NCBI GenBank assembly: GCA_030613005.1
Contig: JAUWMV010000001.1
Coordinates: 7,771 to 71,770 of the forward strand
Reading direction: 5' to 3'
DNA length: 64,000 nucleotides
DNA from: a bacterium
Lineage (GTDB): Bacteria > UBP14 > UBA6098 > B30-G16
Shown here piece by piece: positions 17,828-27,831 of this stretch (position 1 is the first letter of the stretch; the number at the start of each line of letters is the position of its first letter). The notes under the pieces were generated by a model. The model was not told where the DNA came from. It worked only from the letters and a program-made list of their open reading frames with translations, and did not search any database. A program made the position numbers and the translations under genes.

Positions 17828-20800
17828 ATGGCATTGAATTTTAATGTTACCAATACACGGCAAGAATCAAATTTCTCTGCAATTAAAGTTATGTTGTCTA
17901 GTCCGGATACTATTAGATCATGGAGCTATGGCGAGGTGACTCGACCTGAAACTATTAATTATAGAACTTTTAAACCTGAGAATGGAGGTTTATTCTGTCA
18001 GAAAATTTTTGGTCCAGTCAAAGATTTTGAATGTTCGTGTAGTAAATATAAAGGTATAAGATTCAAAGGCGTTGTTTGCGACAGATGTGGTGTTGAGATT
18101 ACATATTCCAAAGTTAGACGCCAAAGAATTGGGCATATTGAACTTGCTGTTCCGGTAACTCATATATGGTATGTTCGTACGAATCCTTCCCGTATTGGCA
18201 CTTTACTTAACCTTTCATACTCTAATTTAGATCAGATAATTTATTATGAAAACTATATTGTTACTGATCCTGGTGATACTGAAATCACTGGACTTAAATA
18301 TAAACAGCTGATTACTGAGATGGAATATCGTGAACTTAATGCAAAAAAACTCGAATTTGAAGCTATGATGGGCGGTATTGCTCTAAAAAAACTGCTCCAG
18401 CAACTTAGGTTAGATGAATTAGCAGCTGAATTGCGGTCTAAACTTAACTTGGAAAAATCTGAACTACAAAAGAAGTCATTACTAAAAAGACTTTCGGTTG
18501 TCGAGGCTTTAAGGGCTTCAGGGAACAAGCCAGAATGGATGATTCTTGAGGCTATACCAGTTCTTCCACCTGACCTTAGACCTCTAATTCCTCTCGAAGG
18601 CGGTCGATTTGCAACATCCGACTTAAATGATTTATATCGTAGGCTTATAAACCGTAATAACCGACTCAAAAAATTAATGGAAATTCTAGCTCCTGAGGTT
18701 ATTCTCCGCAATGAAAAACGATTGCTTCAGGAAGCCGTGGACGCATTAATTCAAAATGGGAAAGTTACAACAGCAGTTCGGGGTCAAAATAAGAGACCAC
18801 TTAATTCACTTTCAGATTTTTTGAAAGGTAAGCAGGGAAGATTTAGGCAAAACCTTCTTGGAAAACGTGTCGATTATTCCGGTCGTGCAGTTATCGTTGT
18901 AAATCCAGAACTTAAGATATGGCAATGTGGACTTCCTAAAACAATGGCTCTCGAGTTATTTAAGCCTTTTATTATCCGTAAACTTGAAGAGAAAGGTATT
19001 ACGCAATCAGTTAGAAGTGCAAAAAAACATGTCGAGAGAGTTAAACCTGAAATTTGGGATCTTCTTGAGGAGATTACTAAAGATCATCCTGTAGTTTTGA
19101 ACAGAGCACCAACGTTGCATAGACTCTCTATTCAAACTTTTTATCCAATACTCGTTGAAGGGAAAGCTATTCAAATTCATCCCTTGGTTTGTAATGCTTT
19201 TAATGCTGATTTCGATGGTGATCAAATGCCAGTTCATGTGCCGCTTAGTTTTGAAGCTCAATTAGAAAGTCATCTTTTAACTATTTCAGCAAATAATATT
19301 ATATCTCCCTCTGATGGTTCACCTATTGCTTCACCTACTCGAGATATGGTTCTTGGTATTTATTATATTACAAAGGAAAAACCAGGTGAAAAAGGTGAAG
19401 GAAAAGTTTTTTCTTCATCCGACGAGGTCATAGTTGCATTTGATAATGGGCTTTTAGGCGAACACGCATTGATTTTTGTAAGAATGCCTTCTCAGCAATT
19501 TCATTTAACAGTTGAAAATGAGATGGTTATAAATAAGGGAGCTGTAATTGCAAGGATTCCAAAATATCCTGGTAATGTTACTATAAAGAAAAATCAGGTA
19601 AAATACAATCGTGATTTTGATGAAGTTCTTGCACCGATTGCGGGTACTGTAAGTGTTAGAATTGGCGCCGGAATAAATGATAAAACTACAGTTTCCATTT
19701 CAAATAGCAAAGGGAAAACCAAAGAAGTGATAATACCTCATGCTTATGTTGAGACTACTGTCGGAAGAGTTATGCTTAACCAAATTATTCCCAAGGATTT
19801 GGGTTACCAGAACCGACTTATGAAAGTGAAAACTCTAAGACAACTTGTATCAGATGCATACGACAAAGTAGGATTAAGAGAAACCGCTGATTTTCTGGAT
19901 AACTTGAAAAAGTTCGGTTTCGAAGCATCTACTAATGGATCTATTTCCATCGGTATGGATGATCTTATTGTGCCACCTCAGAAGCAAAAGCTTATCGAAG
20001 ACGCTCGAAAAGAAATTGATAGAATTCAGAAGTTAAGAAAAAAGGGTGTTATAACAGAGAACGAGCGTTACAATAACGTTATTAGTATCTGGACAGTAGC
20101 TCAGGAAAATATCACACAGGATTTGTTTGACACACTCGTAAACTACAATTATGGTTTCAATCCTCTTGCAATGATGGTGGATTCAGGTGCAAGGGGAAGT
20201 CAAGATCAAATTAGGCAGCTTTCTGCTCTTAGAGGGCTTATGACAAAACCTCAAAAACGTATGACTTCTCAAACAATTATTGAAACTCCAATTTTATCAA
20301 GTTTTAGAGATGGTCTTTCTGTTATAGAATATTTCCTTTCAAGTCATGGTCAACGTAAGGGACTTGCGGATACTGCATTGAAAACTGCAGAAGCAGGTTA
20401 TCTAACTCGAAGATTAGTCGACGTTGCTCAAGATGTTTATATTACCGAGAAGGATTGTGGTACAATCAGAGGCATCCTTCGAAAAGCTCTTAAGGATGGA
20501 GAAAAAGTCATTATTCCTCTTAGAAACCGAATTCTCGGTCGATATGCTGTTGAGGATGTTTACGATCCTATTAGTGGGGAAATTCTTGTTGAAGCGGATG
20601 AATATATAGATTTAAATAAAGCTAGACTTATAGAAGATAATGGTGTGGAAGCTGTTAGTATTAGATCTGCCCTTACTTGTGAATCAAAACGCGGTGTCTG
20701 TTCAATGTGCTATGGAATGGATATGGGAACCCGGGAAATAGTTTCTATCGGTGAAGCAGTTGGTATAATCGCAGGGGAAAGTATCGGAGAACCAGGAACT

Positions 20801-22198
20801 CAGCTCACTTTAAGAACGTTTCATATTGGTGGTATTGCTGCACCGGAAGCTGAACAAACAGCTATTAAAACAAAATATGCCGGACAGGTTGAATATAGTC
20901 ATCTAAAGGTTATTGCAGACCCACAAGATATTGGAGTTGGTATTGTTATGAATAGAACCGGGTCTATTGCTATTAATTTCGAACACGGTATTCAGCATAA
21001 ATATGAAGTTCCATACGGTGCCAAGCTTTTGGTTAAACATCAACAAGATGTTAAGAAAAACGATATTCTCTATGAATGGAACCCTTATGTCAACCCTATT
21101 CTTACTGACACAGAGGGCGTTGTTGAAATGGTTGATATAGTTGAGGACGTTACAGTTAAAGAAATGATCGATGAAGGCACAATGGTTAAAGAGCTTGTTG
21201 TGCTCGATTTCAGGGATAGAAAGCTTAATCCAAGGGTTATTATTAGAAATAAGGATAAGATTATTTCTACATATCACCTTCCTACAGAGGCACATATTTT
21301 AGTTCAGAATGGCCAGGAAGTAAAACCGGGGCAGCAGATTGCAAAGCTTCATAGATCGATTATGAAAACAAGAGACATTACAGGTGGACTACCAAGAGTA
21401 ACAGAGCTATTTGAAGCAAGGAAACCCAAAAATCCTGCTATCATTGCTGAAATAACTGGTAGAATTAAATTTTTAGGTGAAGAAACTAAAAGACCTGGTT
21501 TTAAAGTTGTCATTCACGGCGATCAGGATGAAATTATGGAGTATCTCATACCTCGCGGAAGACATATATTGATTAAAGATGATGATCATGTTGAAGCTGG
21601 GCAAAAGCTCTGTGATGGTTCTATTATTCCACATGATGTTTTACGAATTAAAGGTGAAGAATCTGTTATGGAGTATTTACTCAACGAGGTACAACAGGTT
21701 TATTCATTGCAGTCGGTTACTATTAACGACAAGCATATCGAGATAATTATCCGACAAATGTTGCGAAAGATTCTGGTGATTGATGGTGGTGATACACATT
21801 TCCTCCAAGGTAAGCAAGAGGATAGAACGACGATTGTTGAGGAGAATGAAAGGATTCATGCTCAAGGTGGACGACCAGCTACTTTCCATCCTTTGCTTTT
21901 AGGGATTACTAGAGCCAGTCTAACAACTGAAAGCTTTATTTCTGCAGCTTCATTTCAAGAGACGGTTAGAGTTCTTACTGAAGCTGTTGTTGCTGGGAAA
22001 ATTGATTATCTTAAAGGACTAAAAGAAAATATAATTATTGGAAGATTAATCCCGGTTGGAACTGGTTTTAGAAAATATCTGAAAATAGAACCTGAATCAA
22101 AAACTCTTGATGAGGATGAAGAGCGTAACTTTATGAATGAAAATTTTGATATAATATATCCAGAGGAAATTGAAGAGGCATATCAATATCCTATATAA
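17828..22198 (+). CDS. rpoC: DNA-directed RNA polymerase subunit beta prime.
   Basis: 1456 aa. Zn-finger CSCSKYKG…CDRCGVE, catalytic NADFDGDQM, and a trigger-loop region. Confidence 0.97.
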   Translation: MALNFNVTNTRQESNFSAIKVMLSSPDTIRSWSYGEVTRPETINYRTFKPENGGLFCQKIFGPVKDFECSCSKYKGIRFKGVVCDRCGVEITYSKVRRQRIGHIELAVPVTHIWYVRTNPSRIGTLLNLSYSNLDQIIYYENYIVTDPGDTEITGLKYKQLITEMEYRELNAKKLEFEAMMGGIALKKLLQQLRLDELAAELRSKLNLEKSELQKKSLLKRLSVVEALRASGNKPEWMILEAIPVLPPDLRPLIPLEGGRFATSDLNDLYRRLINRNNRLKKLMEILAPEVILRNEKRLLQEAVDALIQNGKVTTAVRGQNKRPLNSLSDFLKGKQGRFRQNLLGKRVDYSGRAVIVVNPELKIWQCGLPKTMALELFKPFIIRKLEEKGITQSVRSAKKHVERVKPEIWDLLEEITKDHPVVLNRAPTLHRLSIQTFYPILVEGKAIQIHPLVCNAFNADFDGDQMPVHVPLSFEAQLESHLLTISANNIISPSDGSPIASPTRDMVLGIYYITKEKPGEKGEGKVFSSSDEVIVAFDNGLLGEHALIFVRMPSQQFHLTVENEMVINKGAVIARIPKYPGNVTIKKNQVKYNRDFDEVLAPIAGTVSVRIGAGINDKTTVSISNSKGKTKEVIIPHAYVETTVGRVMLNQIIPKDLGYQNRLMKVKTLRQLVSDAYDKVGLRETADFLDNLKKFGFEASTNGSISIGMDDLIVPPQKQKLIEDARKEIDRIQKLRKKGVITENERYNNVISIWTVAQENITQDLFDTLVNYNYGFNPLAMMVDSGARGSQDQIRQLSALRGLMTKPQKRMTSQTIIETPILSSFRDGLSVIEYFLSSHGQRKGLADTALKTAEAGYLTRRLVDVAQDVYITEKDCGTIRGILRKALKDGEKVIIPLRNRILGRYAVEDVYDPISGEILVEADEYIDLNKARLIEDNGVEAVSIRSALTCESKRGVCSMCYGMDMGTREIVSIGEAVGIIAGESIGEPGTQLTLRTFHIGGIAAPEAEQTAIKTKYAGQVEYSHLKVIADPQDIGVGIVMNRTGSIAINFEHGIQHKYEVPYGAKLLVKHQQDVKKNDILYEWNPYVNPILTDTEGVVEMVDIVEDVTVKEMIDEGTMVKELVVLDFRDRKLNPRVIIRNKDKIISTYHLPTEAHILVQNGQEVKPGQQIAKLHRSIMKTRDITGGLPRVTELFEARKPKNPAIIAEITGRIKFLGEETKRPGFKVVIHGDQDEIMEYLIPRGRHILIKDDDHVEAGQKLCDGSIIPHDVLRIKGEESVMEYLLNEVQQVYSLQSVTINDKHIEIIIRQMLRKILVIDGGDTHFLQGKQEDRTTIVEENERIHAQGGRPATFHPLLLGITRASLTTESFISAASFQETVRVLTEAVVAGKIDYLKGLKENIIIGRLIPVGTGFRKYLKIEPESKTLDEDEERNFMNENFDIIYPEEIEEAYQYPI

Positions 22199-22270
22199 TT
22201 TAGCTTGCTTAAGAGAATTTCTGAAATAAATTGGTATATGAAAATGAATGATATTGGAGGTAAAAACTGA

Positions 22271-22645
22271 ATGCCAACTGTTAATCAACTTGTTAATAAA
22301 TCACGAGCAAAGGTTATTAAGAAATCTAAATCACCTGCTCTTCACAACTGTCCTCAAAGAAGAGGTGTTTGTATTAGGGTATATACTATGACGCCCAAGA
22401 AACCTAATTCTGCGTTAAGAAAAATTGCTCGAGTGAGACTTACTAACGCTATTGAGGTTACTGCATATATACCTGGTGAAGGACATACCCTTCAAGAGCA
22501 TTCTATTGTACTTGTTAGAGGAGGTCGAGTCAAGGACCTTCCGGGGGTTAGATATCATATTGTTCGTGGTGCTCTGGACAGTGGCGGAGTTGAAGGTAGA
22601 CGAAAAGCTCGATCGAAATATGGTACTAAACAGCCCAAAAAATGA
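22271..22645 (+). CDS. rpsL: 30S ribosomal protein S12.
   Basis: [15 protein letters not shown]…[10 protein letters not shown]…[17 protein letters not shown]. Confidence 0.95.
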   Translation: MPTVNQLVNKSRAKVIKKSKSPALHNCPQRRGVCIRVYTMTPKKPNSALRKIARVRLTNAIEVTAYIPGEGHTLQEHSIVLVRGGRVKDLPGVRYHIVRGALDSGGVEGRRKARSKYGTKQPKK

Positions 22646-22709
22646 AACAATTTTAATATACTCAAATTGAAAACACATTTCTCATTCTAATAATTTATAG
22701 GGGTGTGAT

Positions 22710-23414
22710 ATGTATGTAGTTAGAATTTGTACTTTTTGCATTTTAGCTTACGTAATCCTTTTCATTGGTTGTAGTGGTTCTCTTAATGAAATTCAATATG
22801 CTGAAAAAGCTGATGAGGTGTATAAATCCGGTTTGTTTAAGGAGGCTAAACTATATTATAAAAATCTACTGAAGAAGTTTCCCGATTCACCTGATGTCAA
22901 AATATATAAGGAAAGATTAGGTGACGTATTGATTAAGTTAGCTATTTCTGCTAATAGTGAATATGAAGCTAATGCATACATTAGAGAAATAGAGATGTTT
23001 GAGCTTTCAGCGAATGACACTGTTATCTCCTTCTTTAAATATAAACGTGCAATGCAACTTACAGACAGAGAAAGGGATGCGAAATTATCAGAGCTTTCTT
23101 TTAAGCAATATTTGCTTGCAGCACAATATGATCTTAATAGAGGTAAATTTAAAGAAGCTTTAGAAATCTATGAAAATCTTATTGTCAGAATGCCAAATCA
23201 TATGAATCTGGATAAAGCTCTATTTTTAGCAGGATTTATCTCTTCAGAGTACTTAAAGGACATTCATAAAGCTCGTGGTTATTTCCGGAGACTTGTGAAT
23301 GCATTTCCAGAAAGCGATCTCGCTGATGATGGAGAGTGGATGCTGGAAAATATGGGAAAACCACTTGAACAGGTTACATTTCTTCCTGAATCAGAAAAAC
23401 ACCAAAGCAATTAA
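22710..23414 (+). CDS. TPR-like outer-membrane lipoprotein (BamD/YbgF-like architecture).
   Basis: Lipobox ILFIGCSGS, then helical-repeat sequence with the Tyr/Ala/Leu periodicity typical of TPR. 234 aa. Confidence 0.5.
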   Translation: MYVVRICTFCILAYVILFIGCSGSLNEIQYAEKADEVYKSGLFKEAKLYYKNLLKKFPDSPDVKIYKERLGDVLIKLAISANSEYEANAYIREIEMFELSANDTVISFFKYKRAMQLTDRERDAKLSELSFKQYLLAAQYDLNRGKFKEALEIYENLIVRMPNHMNLDKALFLAGFISSEYLKDIHKARGYFRRLVNAFPESDLADDGEWMLENMGKPLEQVTFLPESEKHQSN

Positions 23415-23878
23415 ATGTATTTCAAATAATTCAACTAAATGGTTGAAGTCTTTCGACATCAGGTTGGACATATTAAAAAACCAATTTTCATATTCTGCAT
23501 GTTGTTATTAATTAGGTGTTTAAAGTTATAGTCTCGGAAATTCCCTATATTTTGCCATTTATTAAAAACACTCAGCTCATTTTGTTGTAAGAATTTTCCT
23601 TTCAGAAAATCATAATATTTAACAAACCTAAGCTATGATATCCTCTATCTTGTGGCATGAGTTTTGCCCTTATCTTTTGGTGATTCAAAATGGATGATTG
23701 TTGAGGATAATGTTAGTGCAACACAGAGCATTGCAAATCTACTTGTATTATCCGAATTAGTATCAAAAAATATACTTTTTCTAATTAGGAGGGGAAATAA
23801 TGCGCTTTATTGGCATTATAACTGTCATTTTGGCAGAAATTGTCTCTTTTTTCAAATGCAACCGTTTTCAGAAATTGA

Positions 23879-24238
23879 GTAAATTTAAATATTTCAGCAT
23901 ATCTCGGTGAAACGCCGGGAAAACCTGAAGATCGAAAGACTAAATATAGTGAATCCAGTGAAAACCTTAGTCTGACGGTCAGGGAATTGATGTATCAGGA
24001 TAAAATTGAGAAATCTTTTCACGAGGAAGGAGTTTATATTCAGGAAGTTAAAACTTAGTCGGTTGCAGAAAGAGCCGGAATTTTACCGAATAATATTTTG
24101 TTGGAGATAAATGGTTTTCAAATTAAATCCACTAATGATTTCTTTAGAGTTAATGGAAATATTCAAAAAGGTGACCCAATTCTATTTGTTATTTTTCGAA
24201 ATGTTAAGACATACTACCTTTCAACTCGAGTTAGATGA
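23879..24238 (+). pseudogene. Remnant of a PDZ-domain (HtrA/S41-type) protein C-terminus interrupted by an in-frame TAG at 24056-24058.
   Basis: The same-frame translation is …EEGVYIQEVKT*SVAERAGILPNNILLEINGFQIKSTNDFFRVNGNIQKGDPILFVIFRNVKTYYLSTRVR, a canonical PDZ carboxylate-binding-loop region. There is no start codon or protease domain upstream. TAG is a genuine stop in this genome (murC). Confidence 0.45.
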
Positions 24239-24328
24239 ATGTATGCAAAATATTAGCTCTTGGATTTATTAAAGGAATACTTTAGTTATTAGGTTTAAAT
24301 TTCAGTCTGAATCCATTGTGGTGAGGAA

Positions 24329-25189
24329 ATGAAGAAACTTCTATTGATACTGTTTATTATACTTTTCGCTCTGGAAATTTACGCAGATTTCGAAGGCTCA
24401 GAAAGGATTTCTGTTCAGAGTAGTATTAGTTCTAAGAAAATTTCTATGGATGACACAGTTACTGTTGAATATGTTTTTAAGTTTGAGGATAATCCAGCTT
24501 ATTGGATCTTGGAAAATTTTCCGAATCCAACTCTAAAAAATCTTAAGTACATTTCAAGCAGCTCTTCGGTCTCAACGGTTTCGGAACATGGTTGTAAAAC
24601 TGGACATTTTAACCTTAAAATAATATTCATTCCTATCGATAAAGGTAAAGCAAAAATTGAGAATTCCTTAGCTCATTTTGTTAATATACAAGATTCAATA
24701 GAATTAGATGTTAATCTCTCTGGTTTCGATCTTGAGGTTTCGTCCTCAAAGAAATCACCTATACCGCTAATTCCCTTAGGACTCATTTTACTTGGAATTG
24801 CTCTAATTGTAATTCTACTTTTTGTAGTTAAAATCCAATTTAAAAAGTATATGAAAATACCGAAACCGATTAAAGTGGAAACCCCAGAGGAGAAAGCTAT
24901 ACGAGTTCTTGAATGCATCGATCCCCAAAGAATTTCTGCTGTAAATGTTTTAGATGAAGTTTCAAAATGTTTGCGAAAGTATATTGAATTAAAATATAAT
25001 ATTCCCGCCACAGGTATGGCAACCGATGAAATCCTTCAAACGCTTTCTGATCGAGTGATTGGTCAGAGATTCGTTGTTTTACGCGATTCTTTAAAATATT
25101 GTGATGATGTTAGATTTGCTGGAAAATATCCTCATAAGGATGAAGTTGAACTGGCAATTGAGAATGCAAAGATATTTGTGGGAGGGTGA
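24329..25189 (+). CDS. Membrane protein with a signal peptide, one TM helix and a DUF4381-like cytoplasmic C-terminal domain (MoxR-associated).
   Basis: N-terminal signal MKKLLLILFIILFALEIYA. TM helix PLIPLGLILLGIALIVILLFVV. The C-terminal helical domain sits immediately upstream of the MoxR ATPase, as in Bat-type operons. Confidence 0.45.
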   Translation: MKKLLLILFIILFALEIYADFEGSERISVQSSISSKKISMDDTVTVEYVFKFEDNPAYWILENFPNPTLKNLKYISSSSSVSTVSEHGCKTGHFNLKIIFIPIDKGKAKIENSLAHFVNIQDSIELDVNLSGFDLEVSSSKKSPIPLIPLGLILLGIALIVILLFVVKIQFKKYMKIPKPIKVETPEEKAIRVLECIDPQRISAVNVLDEVSKCLRKYIELKYNIPATGMATDEILQTLSDRVIGQRFVVLRDSLKYCDDVRFAGKYPHKDEVELAIENAKIFVGG

Positions 25190-25210
25190 TAAACTTTAAG
25201 GAGGGAAAAG

Positions 25211-26200
25211 ATGGACATTAAAATTGCAGAATTGAATGAACAAATAAGAGTTGAATCTGCGTTTGTTGAGGATTTCAGGAAAGAAATGAATAAAGTCATC
25301 GTTGGTCAACGAAGAGTTATTGAACGTCTTATGATAGGTCTTCTTGCTGACGGTCACATATTACTCGAAGGGGTTCCTGGTCTGGCTAAAACATTAATGA
25401 TCAGAACGCTTGCAGATTGTATTAATGCTGATTTCAAGAGGATACAATTCACTCCGGATCTTTTACCTGCAGATATAACCGGTACGCTAATTTACAGTCA
25501 GCAAACTGGACAATTCATTCCCAAAAAGGGACCAATATTCGCTAATTTTATTCTTGCAGATGAGATAAACCGTGCACCGGCTAAGGTTCAATCTGCACTT
25601 CTTGAAGCTATGCAGGAAAGACAAGTTACAATTGGCGAAGAGACATACAAACTCCCAGTACCATTTCTGGTTTTAGCGACTCAGAATCCAATTGAGCAGC
25701 AAGGGACCTATCCTCTTCCGGAAGCACAAGTGGACAGATTTATGCTGAAAGTTATTGTTGATTATCCACGTCGAGAGGAAGAACGTAAGATTATGGAAAT
25801 TCATACCCAGATTAATCCACCCACTGCGCAAGTAATCGTTGAACCGACTAAAATCCTTCATGCGCGTAAAGTTATTAGAAATGTATATGTTGACGAGAAA
25901 ATAGAAAACTATATCCTCGATATAGTTTTTGCGACTCGATTCCCAGAGCAGTTTGGCTTAGAGGAACTTCAACCTCTTATTGCTTGGGGTGCTTCTCCAA
26001 GAGCAAGCATGTATTTGCGACTTGCAGCACAAGCTCACGCATTCCTCGAGCATAGAGGTTATGTTACACCAGAGGATATTCGTGCGATCGCAATGGATGT
26101 CCTTAGACATAGAGTTTTGATTACTTATGAAGCTGAAGCGGAAGAAAAAACATCTGAAGATGTTATTAGAATGGTTATGGCAAAGATTGAGGTTCCATGA
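25211..26200 (+). CDS. MoxR-family AAA+ ATPase.
   Basis: VIVGQRRVIERLMIGLLADGHILLEGVPGLAKTL Walker A region. 329 aa with the typical MoxR length and motifs. Confidence 0.9.
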   Translation: MDIKIAELNEQIRVESAFVEDFRKEMNKVIVGQRRVIERLMIGLLADGHILLEGVPGLAKTLMIRTLADCINADFKRIQFTPDLLPADITGTLIYSQQTGQFIPKKGPIFANFILADEINRAPAKVQSALLEAMQERQVTIGEETYKLPVPFLVLATQNPIEQQGTYPLPEAQVDRFMLKVIVDYPRREEERKIMEIHTQINPPTAQVIVEPTKILHARKVIRNVYVDEKIENYILDIVFATRFPEQFGLEELQPLIAWGASPRASMYLRLAAQAHAFLEHRGYVTPEDIRAIAMDVLRHRVLITYEAEAEEKTSEDVIRMVMAKIEVP

Positions 26201-26317
26201 TTAAATATAATAATTCCGAAAAGCTTATCCGAAGTTTAAGCAGTATTTAGCGTATTATCTACTGTGAATTAATTGTAAGGTTTTTGACATGAGTAAGTTA
26301 AATGAATAGGAAAAATA

Positions 26318-26713
26318 ATGATTATTATACGTCATATTAATTTACCGGAATTCATTGCAGGAGATGATTCAAAGCTCAAGGAAATATTTAATCCACTTAA
26401 GCAGAATTTGGATTTAAGTTACAGTTTAGCGATTGCTCGAATTAAACCAAAAAGCATTACAACCTTACATAAACTTAAGCATTCTGAAGTATATTTTATT
26501 CTCAAAGGAAGAGGAGAAATATACATTGACGATGAAATAGATGAAATCACTGAAGGTGATACGATTTACATCCCTCCGCATTCGAGGCAACGAATGAAAA
26601 ATATTGGAAATGAGGAGTTAGTTTTTTTATGCATTGTAGATCCAGCATGGGCACCTCAGATTGAGGAGATATTAGAGAATAAAGAGAATAATATGGAGAA
26701 TAAACAACTTTGA
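26318..26713 (+). CDS. Cupin-domain protein.
   Basis: 131 aa. HKLKHSEVYFILKGRGEIYIDDE…GDTIYIPPHSRQRMKNIG matches the two-motif cupin pattern. Confidence 0.65.
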   Translation: MIIIRHINLPEFIAGDDSKLKEIFNPLKQNLDLSYSLAIARIKPKSITTLHKLKHSEVYFILKGRGEIYIDDEIDEITEGDTIYIPPHSRQRMKNIGNEELVFLCIVDPAWAPQIEEILENKENNMENKQL

Positions 26714-26743
26714 AACCAATTATACTTTTTTTTTAATAAAAAA

Positions 26744-26759
26744 GCTCGAATGATCGAGC
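26744..26759. terminator. Bidirectional intrinsic terminator between convergent genes, stronger for the minus-strand transcript.
   Basis: GCTCGA-atga-TCGAGC perfect 6-bp stem, flanked by an A6 run on the plus strand (T-run on the minus strand) and by CTTTAATT. Confidence 0.5.
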
Positions 26760-26801
26760 CTTTAATTCTTCGGGTTGCATACTCGAGCGGAATTCTGCCT
26801 T

Positions 26802-27644
26802 TTAAGAAAACACATTTGGGTAATCTTTGATTTTCGCATAGCACATGTCTGGTCCATCCTTACATAGATAATATGGTCCAATATTGCAACGATGACATAA
26901 TCCAAGCCCACAAGACATTCTCCGGTTCATCGACAGGTAAATTTGTTCAGGTTTGAAGCCTAAGTCTAGAAGTTTGTATGTGACAAATTTTAACATAATT
27001 TCAGGACCACACGAAACTACATATGTATCAGGAATATCGATATCCAAATTGTCGAGAAGAACTGTCACAACTCCAACTGTTCCGCTCCACCCAGAATACG
27101 GCGCATCGATTGTTAGAGATAGGTCGGTTTTAGGCATTTTAGACCATTCCTCGTATTGATACCGAAAAACTTGATCGTTTGGTGTTTTTGCACCATATTT
27201 TATTGAGATACGCTTTAATTCATCAACCTTCTCGAAAAGGGAGTATAAACCTGATCTAAGTGGGGCTAAACCTACACCACCACCTACTACTAAAACATTG
27301 TGCCCTTTAAATTTATCCATTGGGTATCCCTTTCCGAAAGGCCCCCTTATTCCTAAAGTATCTCCCTCAAGTGTCTTATTGTGCAGTATTTCTGTGAGTC
27401 TTCCAGCATTAAGGATGGTTATCTCAAGCTCGTCTGAGGTTCCAGGTTTGGACGATGGTGTGAAAGGTGCTTCCCCATAATTCGGAACTGTTAGCTGAAC
27501 GAACTGACCAGCTCGAAATGTGAAAGGTTCATTAAGTTTAAATCTGTAAGTTTTAATTGTTGGAGTTTCATCTATGATATTAGTTACTTTTGCAGGAAGC
27601 GGATAATAAATATTCTCTATCTTTTCGGGCATTTTATCCTCCAT
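26802..27644 (-). CDS. FAD/NAD(P)-binding [2Fe-2S] flavoprotein of the AsrB / sulfhydrogenase-gamma (HydG) / PyrK family.
   Basis: RAGQFVQL FAD-binding motif, GGGVGLAPL NAD-binding motif, and a C-terminal CGLGLCHRCNIG…C cluster. Confidence 0.75.
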   Translation of the reverse strand: MEDKMPEKIENIYYPLPAKVTNIIDETPTIKTYRFKLNEPFTFRAGQFVQLTVPNYGEAPFTPSSKPGTSDELEITILNAGRLTEILHNKTLEGDTLGIRGPFGKGYPMDKFKGHNVLVVGGGVGLAPLRSGLYSLFEKVDELKRISIKYGAKTPNDQVFRYQYEEWSKMPKTDLSLTIDAPYSGWSGTVGVVTVLLDNLDIDIPDTYVVSCGPEIMLKFVTYKLLDLGFKPEQIYLSMNRRMSCGLGLCHRCNIGPYYLCKDGPDMCYAKIKDYPNVFS

Positions 27645-27831
27645 TATAGCATTAGTTAGCCCAAAACTTCAGGTGCTTATATTTAGATGTTTTCTATATT
27701 CAAACAAAATAAAATTCAAATTTTTAACAAATGAAAATAATGCAATTATTATAAAATATGTAATCTCTAAATTTTAAAAGTTCGAATTGTAACCTATGTT
27801 AATTAAAATAAACAACATAGATAATAACATA

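Noticed and set aside
23664-23882. 72-aa ORF (MPLSFGDSKWM…).
   Set aside because: It has no RBS and no recognisable fold. It lies in a decayed intergenic region next to the PDZ remnant, so it is probably non-coding.
24056-24058. Possibility that the in-frame TAG inside the PDZ fragment reflects stop-codon reassignment.
   Set aside because: murC (56331-56333) terminates with TAG at a position consistent with the end of MurC homologues, so TAG is a genuine stop in this genome.
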